From NCBI GenBank assembly GCA_013265495.1, contig MU057377.1, positions 372,001 through 436,000 of the forward strand: a DNA stretch of 64,000 nt, written 5' to 3'. Shown here one piece after another: positions 24,584 through 38,639 of this stretch. The DNA comes from Vicugna vicugna. Its lineage: Eukaryota. A program made the position numbers and the translations under genes. The notes under the pieces are model-generated. The model saw only the letters and a list, made by a program, of their open reading frames with translations. It was not told the origin of the DNA and did no database searches. How positions within the stretch are numbered: position 1 is the stretch's first letter; the number at the start of each line of letters is the position of its first letter.

Positions 24584-26160
24584 CACTCTTGAGAGAGAAG
24601 GACGGAGCTGGAGGTCGCATGCTCCCTGACTTCAGACCACACTACAAAGCTACAGTCATCAAAAGAGTATGAGATTGGCACAAAAACATACACATACGTC
24701 AAGGGAACAGAATAGAGGGCCCAGAAATAAACCCGGGCACCTACAGGTAATTAGCCCAAAGGAGGCAAGAGTATGCAATGGAGAAAAGACAGCCTTTTCC
24801 ATAAATGGAGCTGGGAAAAGTGGACAGCCACATGCGAAAGACTGAAACTGGGCCACTTTCTCACACCATCTACAGAAATAAACTCAAAATGGTTTAAAGA
24901 CTTAAATGTAAGACCTGAAGCCATAAAACTTCAAGGGAAAAACACAGGTAGTTAGCTCTCTGACAATGATCTTAGCAATATTTTTTTGGATATGACTCCT
25001 CAGGCAAAGGCTACAAAAGCAGAAATAAACAAATGAGACTCCATCAAACTAAAAAACTTTTGCACAGTGAAGGAAACCATCAACAAAATGAAAAGGCAAC
25101 TTCCCTAGCAGAAGAAGATATTTATAAATAATATATATGATAAGGGGCTAACACCCAAAATATACAAAGAACATCCCCAAACAGGCCAATTAAAAATGGG
25201 CAGAGGACCTGAATAGACATTTTTCTAAAGAGATACAGATGCCAACAAGCACATGAAGAGATGTCCAACATCACTAATCATCAGGGAAATGCAAGTCAAA
25301 GGCTCACACCTGTCAGACTGGCTGTCATCAAAAAGACAACGGCTAACAGTGCCAGTGAGGCTGTGAAGAAAAGGGAACCCTCCTATACTGTTGGTGGGAA
25401 TGTAAATTGGTGCAGCCACTGTGGAAAACAGTATGGAAGTTCCTTAAAAAATTAAAAATAGAACTTCCATATGATCCAGCAATTCTAATTCTGGGTATTT
25501 AGCCAAAACAAACAAACAAAAAGACCCTGCACCAAAAACACTAATTCAAAAGGATACATGCACCCCAGTGTTCACAGCAGCACTATTTACAGTAGCCAAA
25601 ATATGGAAGCAACCTAAGTGTCCATCACTGACGAATGGATAAAGAAGATGTAGTAAGTACATCTACACAAAGAAATATTATTCAGCCATAAAAAAAATGA
25701 AACCCTGCCACGTGTTACAACATGGATGGATCCAGAGGGCATTATGCTAAGAGAAATAAGTCAAACGGAGAAAGACAAATTACTGCCTGATCCCACTTAT
25801 GCGTGGATTCTAAAAAACAGAACAAACCAAAAACAAAATGAAAACACTCACAGATACAGAGAACACATGGATGGCTGTCAGAAGGGAGGGGGCGTGGAAA
25901 TGGGGGAAACAGGTGAAGAGGATTAAGAGATACAAATCTCCAGTCACACAGTCAGCCAGCTATGGGGGTGTAATATACAGCATCAGGACTATGGTCAGTA
26001 ATACTGTAATAAGTTTTCATGGGGACAGATAGTTCTTAGACGTATTGTAGTGATGATTTCCGTAACAGATGCAAATGTCAAACATGATACAGTGCACCTG
26101 AAAATAACATAACATTGTACGTCAACTATACTTCAATAGAAAATGGTATAATTTTAAAAA
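24584..26160 (+). mobile_element. 5'-truncated L1 (end of ORF2 plus 3'UTR)
   Basis: Broken ORF2 peptides ([31 protein letters not shown]...[43 protein letters not shown]); 3' end tcaactatacttcaata. Confidence 0.92.
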
Positions 26161-27711
26161 CAGCTACGTAACTACCTAGAAAAATTCAAATGATGAACAG
26201 ATCTTGATGTAAACTGTGAATCCAATTTAAATAAAGATAGACTTCTTTGTGGAGAGCAGGCAATTTCGCTAGGATGGATTTTAAAAATTTTAAACAGGGG
26301 CTAGAGTCTGCATCATTGCATGATACTGGTAAAGTATTGAAATATTCCATGTGTCAGAAAGAGCCACCCACTCACAGCCTTATCCTATCTCCTTCCCTCT
26401 TCCTTCTCCGCCCCCTACACGTGGCAGATAAACCAGGAAAGTCTGACTGGAAAAAAAACAACCACAAAATACTGTTCCATGTCAACAAAACCTGTGGCTT
26501 TGCTGTAAGAAGCCAACTCAACAGGGTAGCATCACTGAAACACCTCGCTGGTAAAGCTACTTCTGCCACAAACCAATGAACTAAAAATACTCAATGAAGA
26601 TAACGCCAGAGGGAAACAGAAGGCATGGAGCTTGGGTGGCCTTGCCTGACGCCATAAAGTTCCTTATTGCATAAAGCATTGCAGTCACATTTCCCATAAT
26701 AACTCTGGCAGATCTGGCGTTATCCATCAAAAAACAAGAAATCACGAAATCATAAAAAAAAAGGGTTCAACGAAACTTTAAAGGATTTCACTTTTAAAAG
26801 AAAGATTTCTCACAAAAATACAAGCTCTTATAATCCATTTGAACTTTTCTTTGTAACATTTTTAATTCTTGAGAAGAAGAAAGCTGGATCTGAGAAACTC
26901 AAAAAAAGATGCTAGAGGCTCCTGAAAAGGTAAGATCAATCAGAAATACAGAGAACACATTCTTCAAATTATGGTGTGTCAACTGGCATGGAAAACTTAA
27001 TTTGTCAAAATCGGCCTAGACTGACCGTATCTGGGACAAGAATTCTGAACCTCAACCAATTATATTTGGCTTAGAAGAGTGAAAGAGTATTTCCAAGACT
27101 CACTGATGTTTTCAGCTGCTGAGGGAAAAACTTTACCTGACTTGCAGGTTGATGATCAGTACTTGCCCCAACGCCCTGAGATTTGACTGAGGCTTCATTT
27201 GAGTGATTCCAACATTTTTATATTCAACAAATACTTTCTGGGCCTCCTATTATGGGGTAGGCACTGGGATAGGTCATGGGGCTATAATATTCAGCAAGAT
27301 GTTCAAAGTCTTAAAAAAAGATATTAAAAAAGGAAGATACTCAAAGTCTCTTTCACGGTAGACAATTTTACTCAGGGCTCGGAGAGGGGAACTAAAAAAT
27401 AAACACGTGTGTGTGTGTGTGTGTACACGTGTGCACACACATGTGCATGAGATCAGGTAGTAACAGACAATATAAAGAAAGTAATTAAGACAAGGAAATA
27501 GAGCTTGTCTATGCGTTGGATTACAGAGAGAGACAGCATCATATTGAGGGAGGTCCCGAAAGACCTTTCTGGAAAAGTGGCATTTGAACAGAGGTCTAAA
27601 AGAGGTGAACGAGGCACTCTGCAAAGGTCTGGACCCCGTCAAGAAGAGGTTAAAGGAAATACAGAGCCTTCAAGGCAGGGAGGTTTGGTCTAATCCAATA
27701 ACATCAAGAAC

Positions 27712-27868
27712 CCACCACGTTTGCTGTTTTTAAGGAACCTCCGTACTGTGCTCCACGGTGGCTGTACCAATCTGCACTCCCACCGGCAGCGAGGAGGGCT
27801 CCCTCGTCTCCACGCCCTCCGCCCTCTCCAGCACGTGTCACGTGTAGGCTTTCTGATAATGGCCCTCT
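27712..27868 (-). mobile_element. Short L1 ORF2-end fragment, GC-shifted
   Basis: ttttaaggaacctccgtactgtgctccacggtggctgtaccaatctgcactcccacc is homologous to the L1 segments at 50170-50217 and (reverse complement) 25330-25450. Confidence 0.85.
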
Positions 27869-30800
27869 GTACGTTGTTTTAAATGACCTTTTCCTGCTCA
27901 CATCTGACTCGTCTCGCTGACAGGTGTTGCAAACAGATCATGGGAGGAAAAGGAAGGTTACAGCCCCTGGACGGGACACACGGTCTCAGGGCCGTGCCGG
28001 GGGAGCCACCCCAGCCCCCGAGGACAGAACACGTTAGCCCCGGGAGGCTCGGGGAGGGGACAGCTCACACGCTCCTTGTTCCTTCGACTCGGCACCGCAG
28101 GCTGGCCCAGCAATCCGATGGTCTAACTCAACCGAGGGGCAGCTGCCGCGGGCAGTTTAACCCGCTGCTGGGTCCATCATCTCCATGCACGTGCTATAAG
28201 AACAGGAACACCGTGGACTCGGCTGGTCCTGAACTCTTCTGCCACACCGGACCCCATCAACGGCAGTTCCTGACACTGCCCCCCCGCCCCAACCTGGTAC
28301 GTATGCAGACAAATGGACCCCCTACGAGCTTGTCTGGGTCTTAGTGACAAAACCCACAGCCGCTCCTGCACCCGAGGAGCCCTGGGCTGTCGTGCACAGC
28401 AACCGAGGCTGCAGCTACTCTGTACCAGACCAACCCAGCCAAACCAATGGAGCAACGACCTAAATCAAGTTGCACAACAAATTCCAGACCGGAGCGAAGT
28501 CTGGTCCTTCATGAACGTCTCTCCCCTGGGAGTGAGGGGAGAGACTTGCTCGTCTCTTGCCCCTGTGCTGCTTCGTAAAAACATCAGATCAGCGGGTCGG
28601 TCTGAACTCCCTGGCGCGGGCCGCTGCCTGGCTGCAGACTATGCCTTGCCTACCTCAAATAAGACCTGCTGGTGCCGTGAGATTCAGTCACAGTTCGCTG
28701 AGTCCAGGACCCTGGGGAGTGCACTTGAAGTCAATACGGCCAATTGATCTCATCCTGTTACCTAGAGCTCTGCCGATAACACCCTTAACAAAATGCCACA
28801 TGAGGGAACCAGAACAGATTTGGTCCTAGTCTCTGCCAGCCAGATTAATCAGGCTGTCTTGTGGAGTGGCATATTCATATGAAAATTTGAGTTCACCCGT
28901 GAAATTGTAGGGCCAGGGGGTGGATTACTGGAGGAGGCCATCCAGCACGGACCCTGGGCATCCTTGCAGCCTCTTGCCAGGAATGCCAGATTGCAAAGCC
29001 CTGACTGCTCTTCACCCAGGCCATTTCTCAGGGCTGGAGGCGGTAAGCAGCTCTGAGGGGTGAAGTAACGTCTCCCTCTAGGACGAGGAACAGGCTCCAC
29101 ACCGTCTGCTGTAAAAACAGTGAATTCCTCAACTCAGTGTAACCCAGTTGTGCCTCTAGTCCTCACCCAGGCCCACGTGGTGTCAGCCGCACAGGGCTTG
29201 GGTGCAAGAGAAATCAGTGTAAACAAGACGCTTGTGCTGACCGCCCCGTGTGCATTTTTTTTCCTTACTCGAAAGTCTCAAGTCTTCTGCCGACATCCGC
29301 GAAGTGGTAACACACTAAGTTATGAGCTCATAAGTAGGATAAAATCAAATCTCAGATCCAGCAATAGATTTAGTGGCGGGAAGATGAGGTGGTTCTTCTC
29401 TGAGTGAAGTTAGAAACCTGAGCATCAACTTAGGGTAACAAAGAGGGAGGAGGCAGTAGAAGTTTGAAAGAAGAGAAAACACGAGAAGGTCATCTTGGGA
29501 AGTAGAACTCTCAAAGGATTGTTACCTAAGCGCCGAGTCTCCTTGAAACTTGTGGTCATAAATTCAAAGTGATATTCATCAGTGAAGTGTGTGACTTGTG
29601 AGGTTTTCTCCAACAGCATTCAAATGGCTTGTAGGTGAGGAGAAGATGAAGTGTTTTGTTTAATCACATGTGGACTTCTGCCAGGTCAGTGCCACGGAGA
29701 GAGACGGGATCAGGGATGCTGAGCTTATAACCGAGGGAATAATTACAGTTTTAGACCATGGACTCTTAGCTGAGACCGAGAGTGAGGCAAGGAGTATGAT
29801 ATTGGTTGAAACAATTGACTCGATGCAATGGAAAAAGTGTTGGAGTGTAAGTGAACTGGGGAGGTAGAGATGATGGTCAGAGGACAGAATGGTGGAGGGT
29901 GAGGTTTCTGGTGAGCTGCTGGTGATAAACCAGCCTAGGCTGTGATCACAGGAGTGGGGAGAAGTTGCTGGATGGCGGTCAGAGTCATTCGGAGATCAGG
30001 AGGTCAAATGACTCGGAGACGCTATTTGCAAGGACAATCCACGTGGGGGTCGAAGCCTCCAAGAATGATGAGGGGAGGGAGACGCTGAAACCTTCAGTGA
30101 CTGAGCGGGGGTGCGGGAGTGGGAAGAGGACCGCAAAGAGGTGAGGCAGCGGACGGCGTCACACAAAGACGCGTGCTTCAGCGTGAGGTGGGGTTTTGAA
30201 TGACGAGGGGAACAAGCGGAAGTGAAGTGAGGACACGGAGCTTACCTGGGGGGCCAGTCGCACATGGGATTTGGGAGAAGAATAAAAAACAACCACCATT
30301 TGAGGGGGTCCCAGAAGAGACTATCGCTAGACTGTCGCTGCAGCACATGGGTGAGGGAAACGCTCGAAAAAGAGGTTAAGGATGGTGGTGATTGAGTTTA
30401 CAATACATTTTGAGAACCTTAGTGTATGGTGCACAGTTCAGAAAAGGGTGGGAAACCCGGTGAAATTCGGCAATGCAGAGAGCATTTGGCATCAGAGCCC
30501 AGGGCTTCCTGGGCCTGGATCAAGACAACCGAGCTGCTGGGACGTCCGTGGGTGACGGGGGGTAAGCTCACTCAAAGTCATGGTGAGACTGTCCCTGACA
30601 GACTTCAGAGGAAGTTATAATCAATTCTGATTTCAACCTTTTTGAGACTTGCTGCTTAAGGAATGACTAGGGAGAGCTGAAGAGGCCCACTAGGGAAGGA
30701 AGGGTGGTTTTTACCAAGAGCAGGTACAACCAAGCCTTTTATGGGAAACAGAGATCCAGCTCTTCATTAAGAGATTTGGTGGAGCTCAGGTTTTGGACTG

Positions 30801-33800
30801 GGACCTGAGCAGCTCAGGGTGGAAGTAAAGTCCCAGACAAGCATGGATGCGGAGGTGGTTAGGGAGGGGCATGCGGTGGGGGAGAAAGGTGTTTTTGAAG
30901 CGTCTTCGGGGTTAATGTCAGAAGACAGGTTCCCTCTGAACAACCAGAGCAGAGGACCTTGGTGAAAAGCTATCACCACTGACTGGGTCAGGTCTGGGCA
31001 CTAATCCTGCGCTGTCCAGTGATTAGCACGCTTCAGGAAACTGTTGGGGATTTGGAGCAGCAAGAGACAGAACGGGGTTCCCAGACGGCCATCCTCACAA
31101 GCAGCAAACCCACACAGGACCAGGTCATCTGCAGGTTTGCAGTGCAGACTTCTGGAAGCACACTTCCTAGTATCTTCAACCTCTGCTCTGAACATCCTTT
31201 TCAAGTTTTTGCTCTAACAAGCGCTGAGCTACTAACAGACCTTGACAGCTCTTTCAGGTGGCAGTGGCTCCCTCTCTCACACAAAAACAGAATCTTGGTG
31301 TGAAAATGTACCATTTGGGTCCCCCAAGGGCAAACACAGTGCCTGTGGCATGACAATGTGTATTACTGACAACTTAATTATGAACTTCCCAGGGAAAGAC
31401 TTATAATGGTTTTATTCTCTTGCTTTAGAAAACTGCCTTCTTTCCCTAGTGCACATTGGCCAGAATACTTGACTTGGAGAATCGGCATCTGTCTTCTGAT
31501 TGTTCCTTTGAGAACAAAACAATGCTGACCCAGGAAAGCGGCCACAGCCTGTGAAGCCACTGCCACCCATCCCTGTCCTAGGGCCTCACAGACACGTCCA
31601 TCTCCATATCAGGTCTGCATTCAATCTTCCAAATTATGACTATTAAATTTCCCTAGTAGGTGTAATATCTTTGCAGGCAGCAGGTCATAAGCACATAATA
31701 AACACGATTTTCAACATCAGCCCACATCTAAGGAGGTGGCACCGCCCCCCTCACGGCTGCTGCTGAGAGCACAAGATCCAGAGCGGTGCGGGTGGAACGG
31801 CGCCCATACACGCTGCGAAGAGCTCCATGTACAGGCATGGGTGCTCACAGCGCTGGAGCAAAGGTGAATGAACTGGATGAATCCCTTGAAAATATTCATA
31901 AACATTTTAGTAAGTAAATAAGGATGGAAGCAAAGTTGGCTCTTTCAAGCTTATAGCTTTATGCATGTATCAAATACCTGTTCAAGTTATTTAGGACCTG
32001 TACTCTCCAACTGGACACTGCAAGTCAGGAGAAAGTGCATCTCTAAGAGCCGTGAGCCTAAAACATAAACTCAGCAAGTGGACCAATTCCACAGAAGATT
32101 TCTCTACAGGCAGGAGATACGGACTGTCCCATATGCTGGCTCCATTGCTTCACGGACCTTTCAATGTCCCATGCTTGGTCATATATGGCTATTTTAGTTG
32201 GATCGAGGTAAAATGACAGGATTTAACTTCTAAGGAAAAGTGAGCACTTCATTTTTAGCAACATTGTGCTGCAGGCAGATGCACATGAGACACCCCGTGT
32301 GCAGTCACTCTGCCAGGTGGCTCTCATCAGGGTGTTTATTGTTAAGAACCCCGCTATTTCTGCCTGGGGTTTGAAGCCAAGACTTCAGAGGCTCCCCTGC
32401 CGCACGGCTCAGTTCTTCCCATGCAGAGAGCAGATGGGTGAAGCAGAATAAAATCCTAGCCTCAGAGGCAGTAAGGAAGCGTTCCAGAGACCAGCGATGG
32501 TGTGGCTCCTCGTTGGAGTAAATACTAATTGGAGCTGGTGAGTGAAAGTTAGAGCTGAAAATTGGACTTGGCTTAGGAGCAGCTGCGAATCTTGTTAAAG
32601 GTATTATCGCCACCACATTTCATAAACAGAAACAAAATGTTCACATTCAAAACATAAGTCAATTGTTTCCAATTTAGCTCTGTTGGTTAGAACATGATGG
32701 ATGGTCGGGGCGGGGGCAGTACACAGGTCATGAGATCCTTTCTTAATTTTTAGAAGTAACATGATCATTTGTATAAAAAAATGCTAACTTCCCAACTCGT
32801 TTGGATTCTTACAATTTCCACTAAATTCTACCTGGCGTAAATAGCAGAAATAGGCCTTCCTTACTGACTTCTCTAACTGCCTTTTTAAGGCTTTGCTGTG
32901 GCAGTTTTGTCTTGTGTTTTTGTGCATCTTTTTCCTCACTCTCCTTCACTTTCCTCTGGGAAGAGACCATGTGTTTTCATCATTATATCCCTAGAACTGA
33001 GCCCAGTGCCCCAAAGTGAAAAGTCAAAACATAACAGAGAGAAGCAGCCAACATTCCTCCTAGCAGCGGTCAAGGATGGTCGCTCAAAAAAAGATAACCG
33101 ACAACTCTGGAACGGACTGAACAGTGTTATTCAAATACAGGCCTCCTGCAGTTACAGGCTTATTTAGCGTACCACTAAAATCGTGTGAACGTGTGGGTTT
33201 AAGTAAACGCACAGACCTCTGAATCAAGTGTTCATGTACCTCTTTGAAGTTGAGCAGCCACAGGCACAAAGTGGTTATGACAGTATGTGAGGATATTTTT
33301 GCCAAAGATTATTTTTAATGATTTTGAGATAATTAGAGAATAATAACCATTATTGTATCTAGACCCAGGAGTTTCTAAGTTTCAGTTCGGCTCATTAAAA
33401 TACCTAAATGGATCTTCAGATTTTTGCTCAGTTATCTCATTGGATGAGACTTTTGGTTTCTCTGGGCTTAGCTTGCGTCACTTGCTGAATGTCCCAGAAG
33501 ACAATCTGGATAAAAGCTAGCGTCCCTTTGGCGGGGCTTGGTTCCTCTCACTAGGATCCTCCGCCTCCTTGTTCCCATGTTTCGCCATTTCTCATTTTCC
33601 ATGGCTTTAAGCTCTCTTCATTTCTATCTCCCTGAGTACTGTCTTCTGGGACTCTCAGTTAATTTCTACTCTGGTGTATTTCACTTTTACACTGTAAAAA
33701 GCTAAAAAGTCACACTAAATATGCAACCATAACCATTTTCAATACGGAAAGTAACTGTACATGTAGGGAAGAGTCATAAATACATCCTTAATTATAATTT

Positions 33801-34099
33801 AAAAGCTGGAATAGCTTGTAGCTATATTCAACAACTCTAATGGTTTCTTTGAATAGAGCTGTCACAAATGTATTATACACAATACATTTTTATCATGATG
33901 GAAATTGTATTTTAATCTGATAAGTGACAGAATGGCAAATATGTATAACTTGCAAAAAGTAAACCGTGTCATTTATATCATCATCAGAGATGGATGGGAC
34001 CCCAGATAAACCACACAGACCAAATAACCCCACCAGAATCCTGATCATTGGACCTACACAGCCCACAAAAGCAGGCCAGGACCTCTTTGACAAAACTAA

Positions 34100-36690
34100 A
34101 GGGTGACTGCCCGCAAAAATGAAAAAAATTCAAACAAGACTCAGAGTTTTCTAACATAATATCCAAAATGTCCCAGATATAGTTGAAAATCACCCATCAT
34201 ACCAAGAATCAGGAAAACCAAAACTCAAGTGAGAAAAGAAAATGAACTGACATCATCAACTCAGTCTGAGCTGAATCAGATGTTGGAATTATCTGATGAG
34301 GATTTAAAGCGAACATTATGAAGAATAAATAAGCAATTACAAATTCTCTTGAGATAAAAGGAAAACTAGAAAATATCAGCAAGGAATTAGATATAAAAAA
34401 TTGAAATTATAAAACTGGAAAATGAAATAGGAGAAATATAACCAATTCCCTGAATGGACTCAGTAGTGGAGAGGAAATGAAAGAGAATAAAGTTAATGAA
34501 TTTGGGGTCAGATCAACAGAATTTACCCATTCTAAACAAAATAGAGGGAAAAAAATGAACAGAGACTCAGGAACCTGTGGGAAAATAGCAAAATACCCAC
34601 AGATTACATTTTTGGAGTTGTAGATGCAGGAAAAGATAGTGAGGCTGAAAGAGACATAAGTACACAGATGTGAAAAGCTGAATGAATTCCAAATAGGACA
34701 AGCCCAAATAAACTGACACCAAGACACAGCATTAATAAAATTCTGAAAACTAAAGACAAAGTTGAAGGTATCATCACTACATTTTTTTTTCTCTGCAAGA
34801 AGCCAGAGAAAGGATTCATTCATTACCTATAGAGAAATACAAATTTCAAAGACAGCAGATTTCTCATTTGAGACCATGGAGTGAAGAAGGAAGTAATGTA
34901 GAATTTTTCAAGTGCTGAAAAAAAAAAAAAAAGGACTGTCAACCATGAATTTTATATTCAGCAAACTAACTTTCAGGAACAAATGGGCAATTAAGTCTTT
35001 CTCAGATTAAAAAAAAAGTAGAAGAATTGACACTAGCATCCTACTCTTAAAGAAATTGTAAAGGAAGTTCTTTACACAGAAAGGAAATGGTAAAATAAGA
35101 ACTGAGGCAAAAGGAAGGAAGAAAGAACAATGGAGAGGATGCAGAGGACAGGTAAATGAAACAGATCACCTTTCTCTTCATGAGTTTTCTAAATCATATG
35201 TAGTGATTAAAGAAAGAATTACAATACCATCAGATCCCTAAGACAATAATAGTTCAAAATGCAAAAAAAAAGGAAACTAAATGGAAATGGAGTTATTCCA
35301 CTTCACTTAAAATGGTAAACTGTTAATACCAACAGGCTGTGATGAGTCATGTGTTTATATTATAATACCCAGAACAACCACTAGGAAAACTGCACAATAC
35401 AGTATATCCAAAAATACTATAAAATCAAGATAAAATCCTTAAAAAAATGGACAAGTAAACCCACAGGAAGGCAAGAAAAGAGAAACAAAGAAAACAAACA
35501 AAAAATTAAATGACACAGTTCAGCCCTAAAATATCAGCCCTAACATATCACTTAAAGGCAAATGGTTGAAATACATCAATTAAAAGGCAGAGATTAACAG
35601 AATGGTAAAAAATCAAAGCATGGCTCAATAATATGCTTTTTACATTGCCATTTACAAGAAACTCACTTCAAATTCAATGACAAGTGGGTTGATAGCAGAA
35701 GAATGGACAAAGGCATACCATACAAACATTAATTTTGTAAAAGGGAGCAGCATGATCATCTATGTGGGAAATCTGAAAGAACTCACAAAAAAATCTCCTG
35801 GAAATAATAAAGGATTATAACAAGGTTGCAGAGTACAAGGTTAATACACAAAAATCAATTGCTTTCCTACCTAACGGCAACGACCAAGTGGAATTTGAAA
35901 TTAACAACATGATACCATTTACATTGGCACCCCAAAAATGAAATACTTAGATATAAATCTAACAAAATATGTATAAGATCTATATGAGGAAAACTACAAA
36001 ACTCTGATGAAAGATACCAAAGAACTAAATAAATGGAGAGCTATCCCATGTTCATGGATAGGAAGACTCAATATTGCCAAGATGTTAGTTTTCCCCAAAT
36101 TTGTTTATAGAGTCAATGAAATTCCAACCCAAATCCCAGCAGGTTGTTATATAGACATCAACAAGCTGATCCTAATGTTTACATGGAGAGGCAACAGACC
36201 CAGAATAGCCACCAAAATACTGAAGGAGAAGAACACCGTTGGAGGATGGACACTACCCAACTTCAAGATTTCAAGACAGCATGGTATAGACAAAAGGACA
36301 GACAAATAGGGAAACAGAACAGAATAGAGAGCCCAGAAATAGACTCTTGTAAATACAGTCAACTGGTCATTGACAAAGAAGTAAAGGCAATATAATGGAT
36401 CAAAGGTGTTCTTTTCAATAAATGGTGGTGGAACAACTGGATAGTCATAAGCAGGAAAATGAATCTAGACACAGACCTTACCCCTTCACAAAGATTAACT
36501 GGATCACAGACCTAAATATAAAATGCAAAACTACAAAACGCCTAGAAGATCACATGGGAGAAAACCTCAGTAAACTTGGATGAGTTGACTTTTTAGATGC
36601 AGCACTGAAGGCATGACCCATGACTGCATAAAAATTAAACACTTCTTCTTTGCCAAAGGAAACATCGAAAGAATGAGAAGGCAACATGGA
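34100..36690 (+). mobile_element. Old, internally deleted L1 (ORF1 remnant and ORF2 fragments)
   Basis: A-rich ORF1-like region; ORF2 peptide MKDTKELNKWRAIPCSWIGRLNIAKMLVFPKFVYRVNEIP at 36007-36309, with frameshifts. Confidence 0.9.
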
Positions 36691-36729
36691 TAACTGTTCA
36701 TGGACAGTTTTCTTTTCATTTTAGGTACA

Positions 36730-37070
36730 CCACAAAACTAGATTTCTCAGTCTCTGCCACAGCTAAATGTGGTCGTATGACTAAGTTGGAACAATGGTAC
36801 GCACGCAGAAGACACAGTCACCACTTTTAGGGCTTGGCCCACAGAAACCTGCTAGAGGCCACGCTCCGTTTTCTTTCCTCCTCCAGTGGGTCGCTGCAAA
36901 AGAGCATGGTAAACTTGGAAACCACATTTTGAAGATGGAAAAAAAAGAGAGAGGAGCCCGTGACCTCAGATCATCACTTGAAGGACAACTGATGATGAGA
37001 ACCCATTTTTGGAATTCACATGAGTGGAAAAGAAACAATATCCTTAAGCTGTAGAGACTTGGGGAAGCCA
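36730..37070. mobile_element. MaLR (MLT1-like) LTR fragment
   Basis: cagctaaatgtggtcgtatgactaagtt..., gaaaccacattttgaagatgg and ttaagctgtagagacttgggg resemble MLT1 LTRs. Confidence 0.5.
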
Positions 37071-37773
37071 CGACTTCTTTCTTGTCTGCTCTTCAGAAAT
37101 CAAGGCCAACACACTCTCCTGGAACACTTCACAGCCTCTCCTGTTTGGATCCGCAGATTCATTGGTCAAGCACACTCTTGTATCTGATGGGGCAATATTA
37201 GCAATGGCCCTTACTTTGATAGACTCTCCTCTTTACAATTCTACACCAAATCAAAAACAAATTTATAAATCCCTTGCCTTCTTTCAAAAAGGATTTCAAG
37301 TACCTGGCAAAAATACATACACTATACCAGGATCAAACAATTCAGAAAAAAGAAAGAAAGAAAGAAAAGGCAACTGCAAGAAACAGAAACAGGAGATTTT
37401 AATAATCCCAGGTGTGGGGTAAAAAAATAAATACATTTCAGAAAAACCTATATGACTGTAGAAGCCACTTTTACCTATAAGATTTCTAGCATCTTACATT
37501 GTTGGGAAATGTGATATATCGCAGGGTTTATTTCATGCTTTTTTGCATTTATCAAAATTAATTTGTATGCCTTTTATTAAAGGCAGAAGCTAGAAGCTAC
37601 TCAGGAAAAATAATACTTATCCTGATATTGACACTGGGGGGGGGGCTTTTTTCCCATGCGTGTTGGTAGAGGGGACAGTGAATAAGGACATCTGCTCAGC
37701 AACCTTACAGCAAACAGTGCGGTGAATCAAAGGTCATTACACTTAAAAACTGAAACATTAAGAGAAAGGGAAG

Positions 37774-37940
37774 GAGAGGGGACAGAGTATGTAGTTCAGT
37801 GGTAGAGCACATGCTTAACATGCACAAGGTCCTGGGTTCGATCCCCAGCACCTCGTTAAAGATAAATAAACAAATAAACCTAATTACTTCCCCCCCAAAA
37901 TAAAAAATTAAAAAAAATTTTTTTAAATCTTTTAAAAAAT
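37774..37940 (+). mobile_element. tRNA-Ala-derived SINE (camelid Vic-1-like)
   Basis: A box (tagttcagtggtagag), B box (gggttcgatccc), tail with acctaattacttcccc and an A-rich end. 11-bp TSD agaaagggaag at 37763-37773 and 37941-37951. Confidence 0.88.
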
Positions 37941-38639
37941 AGAAAGGGAAGACTAAGTGTCAATAAGCCCCTCTCCTTTTTTTCTTATTCCTTATTTATT
38001 TTCTCATAAATTCCCCAAAACAACAGAAATATTTTCCTCGGGTATCGCTGAATCTACAGAGAAGGGAATTATACAGAAATCTAGACTGTAATTCGTTTTC
38101 TCAGTGGTATCTCTGCACTTGTAGGTAAGTTGCTTCTCATTACCAAATACAGAACCATCTCCAAACTTTTGAAAATTTCCAGCAGTGGGAGCAGACACAA
38201 CACAATTGTTTACTGGAAAACATACATGCAAATCTCCTCTGGGTTTCAGAGTAAGAATGCTGCAGAAAAAGCTAGAGTCGCTGAAATGGGACACGCGGAA
38301 GAAAGTTAGCCAGAGAACAGAGGGAGATGACTCCTTGAGAAGAGATGACTGTTCTCAGGGTGAATATAAATGAGGGTGACTTTTTTTGTTTTAGCAAATT
38401 TGAGTAACATAAAATTTAACATTATGACATTAACATAAAAAGTCCCAACATTTTCTCTTCATAAGCTGTGGAATCTGAGCTGGCGTCCAGTTCCCAGCAC
38501 AACGTATACAAATATTCCCCCTTCATCACCTCGGCTCCCCCTACCTCTGATACCTTCCCCCTGGTTTGAGGAACGAGGAGACGTGAAATGAGGTATTTTT
38601 CAGGCCCACCAGGGGGACCCTTTGCACCACCGCACAGAG

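Noticed and set aside
36007..36395. Reverse-transcriptase-element ORFs
   Set aside because: Frameshifted remnants of an old L1 ORF2, not an active element or a novel system.
37778..37856. Possible tRNA-Ala gene
   Set aside because: Degenerate stems, a SINE-specific tail, an A-rich end and a TSD show that it is a SINE.
38604..38620. CTCF-like CCACCAGGGGGACC (also CCACCAGGTGGAAT near 53364)
   Set aside because: Both lack the conserved GGC at the 3' end of the core, so they are too weak to call.
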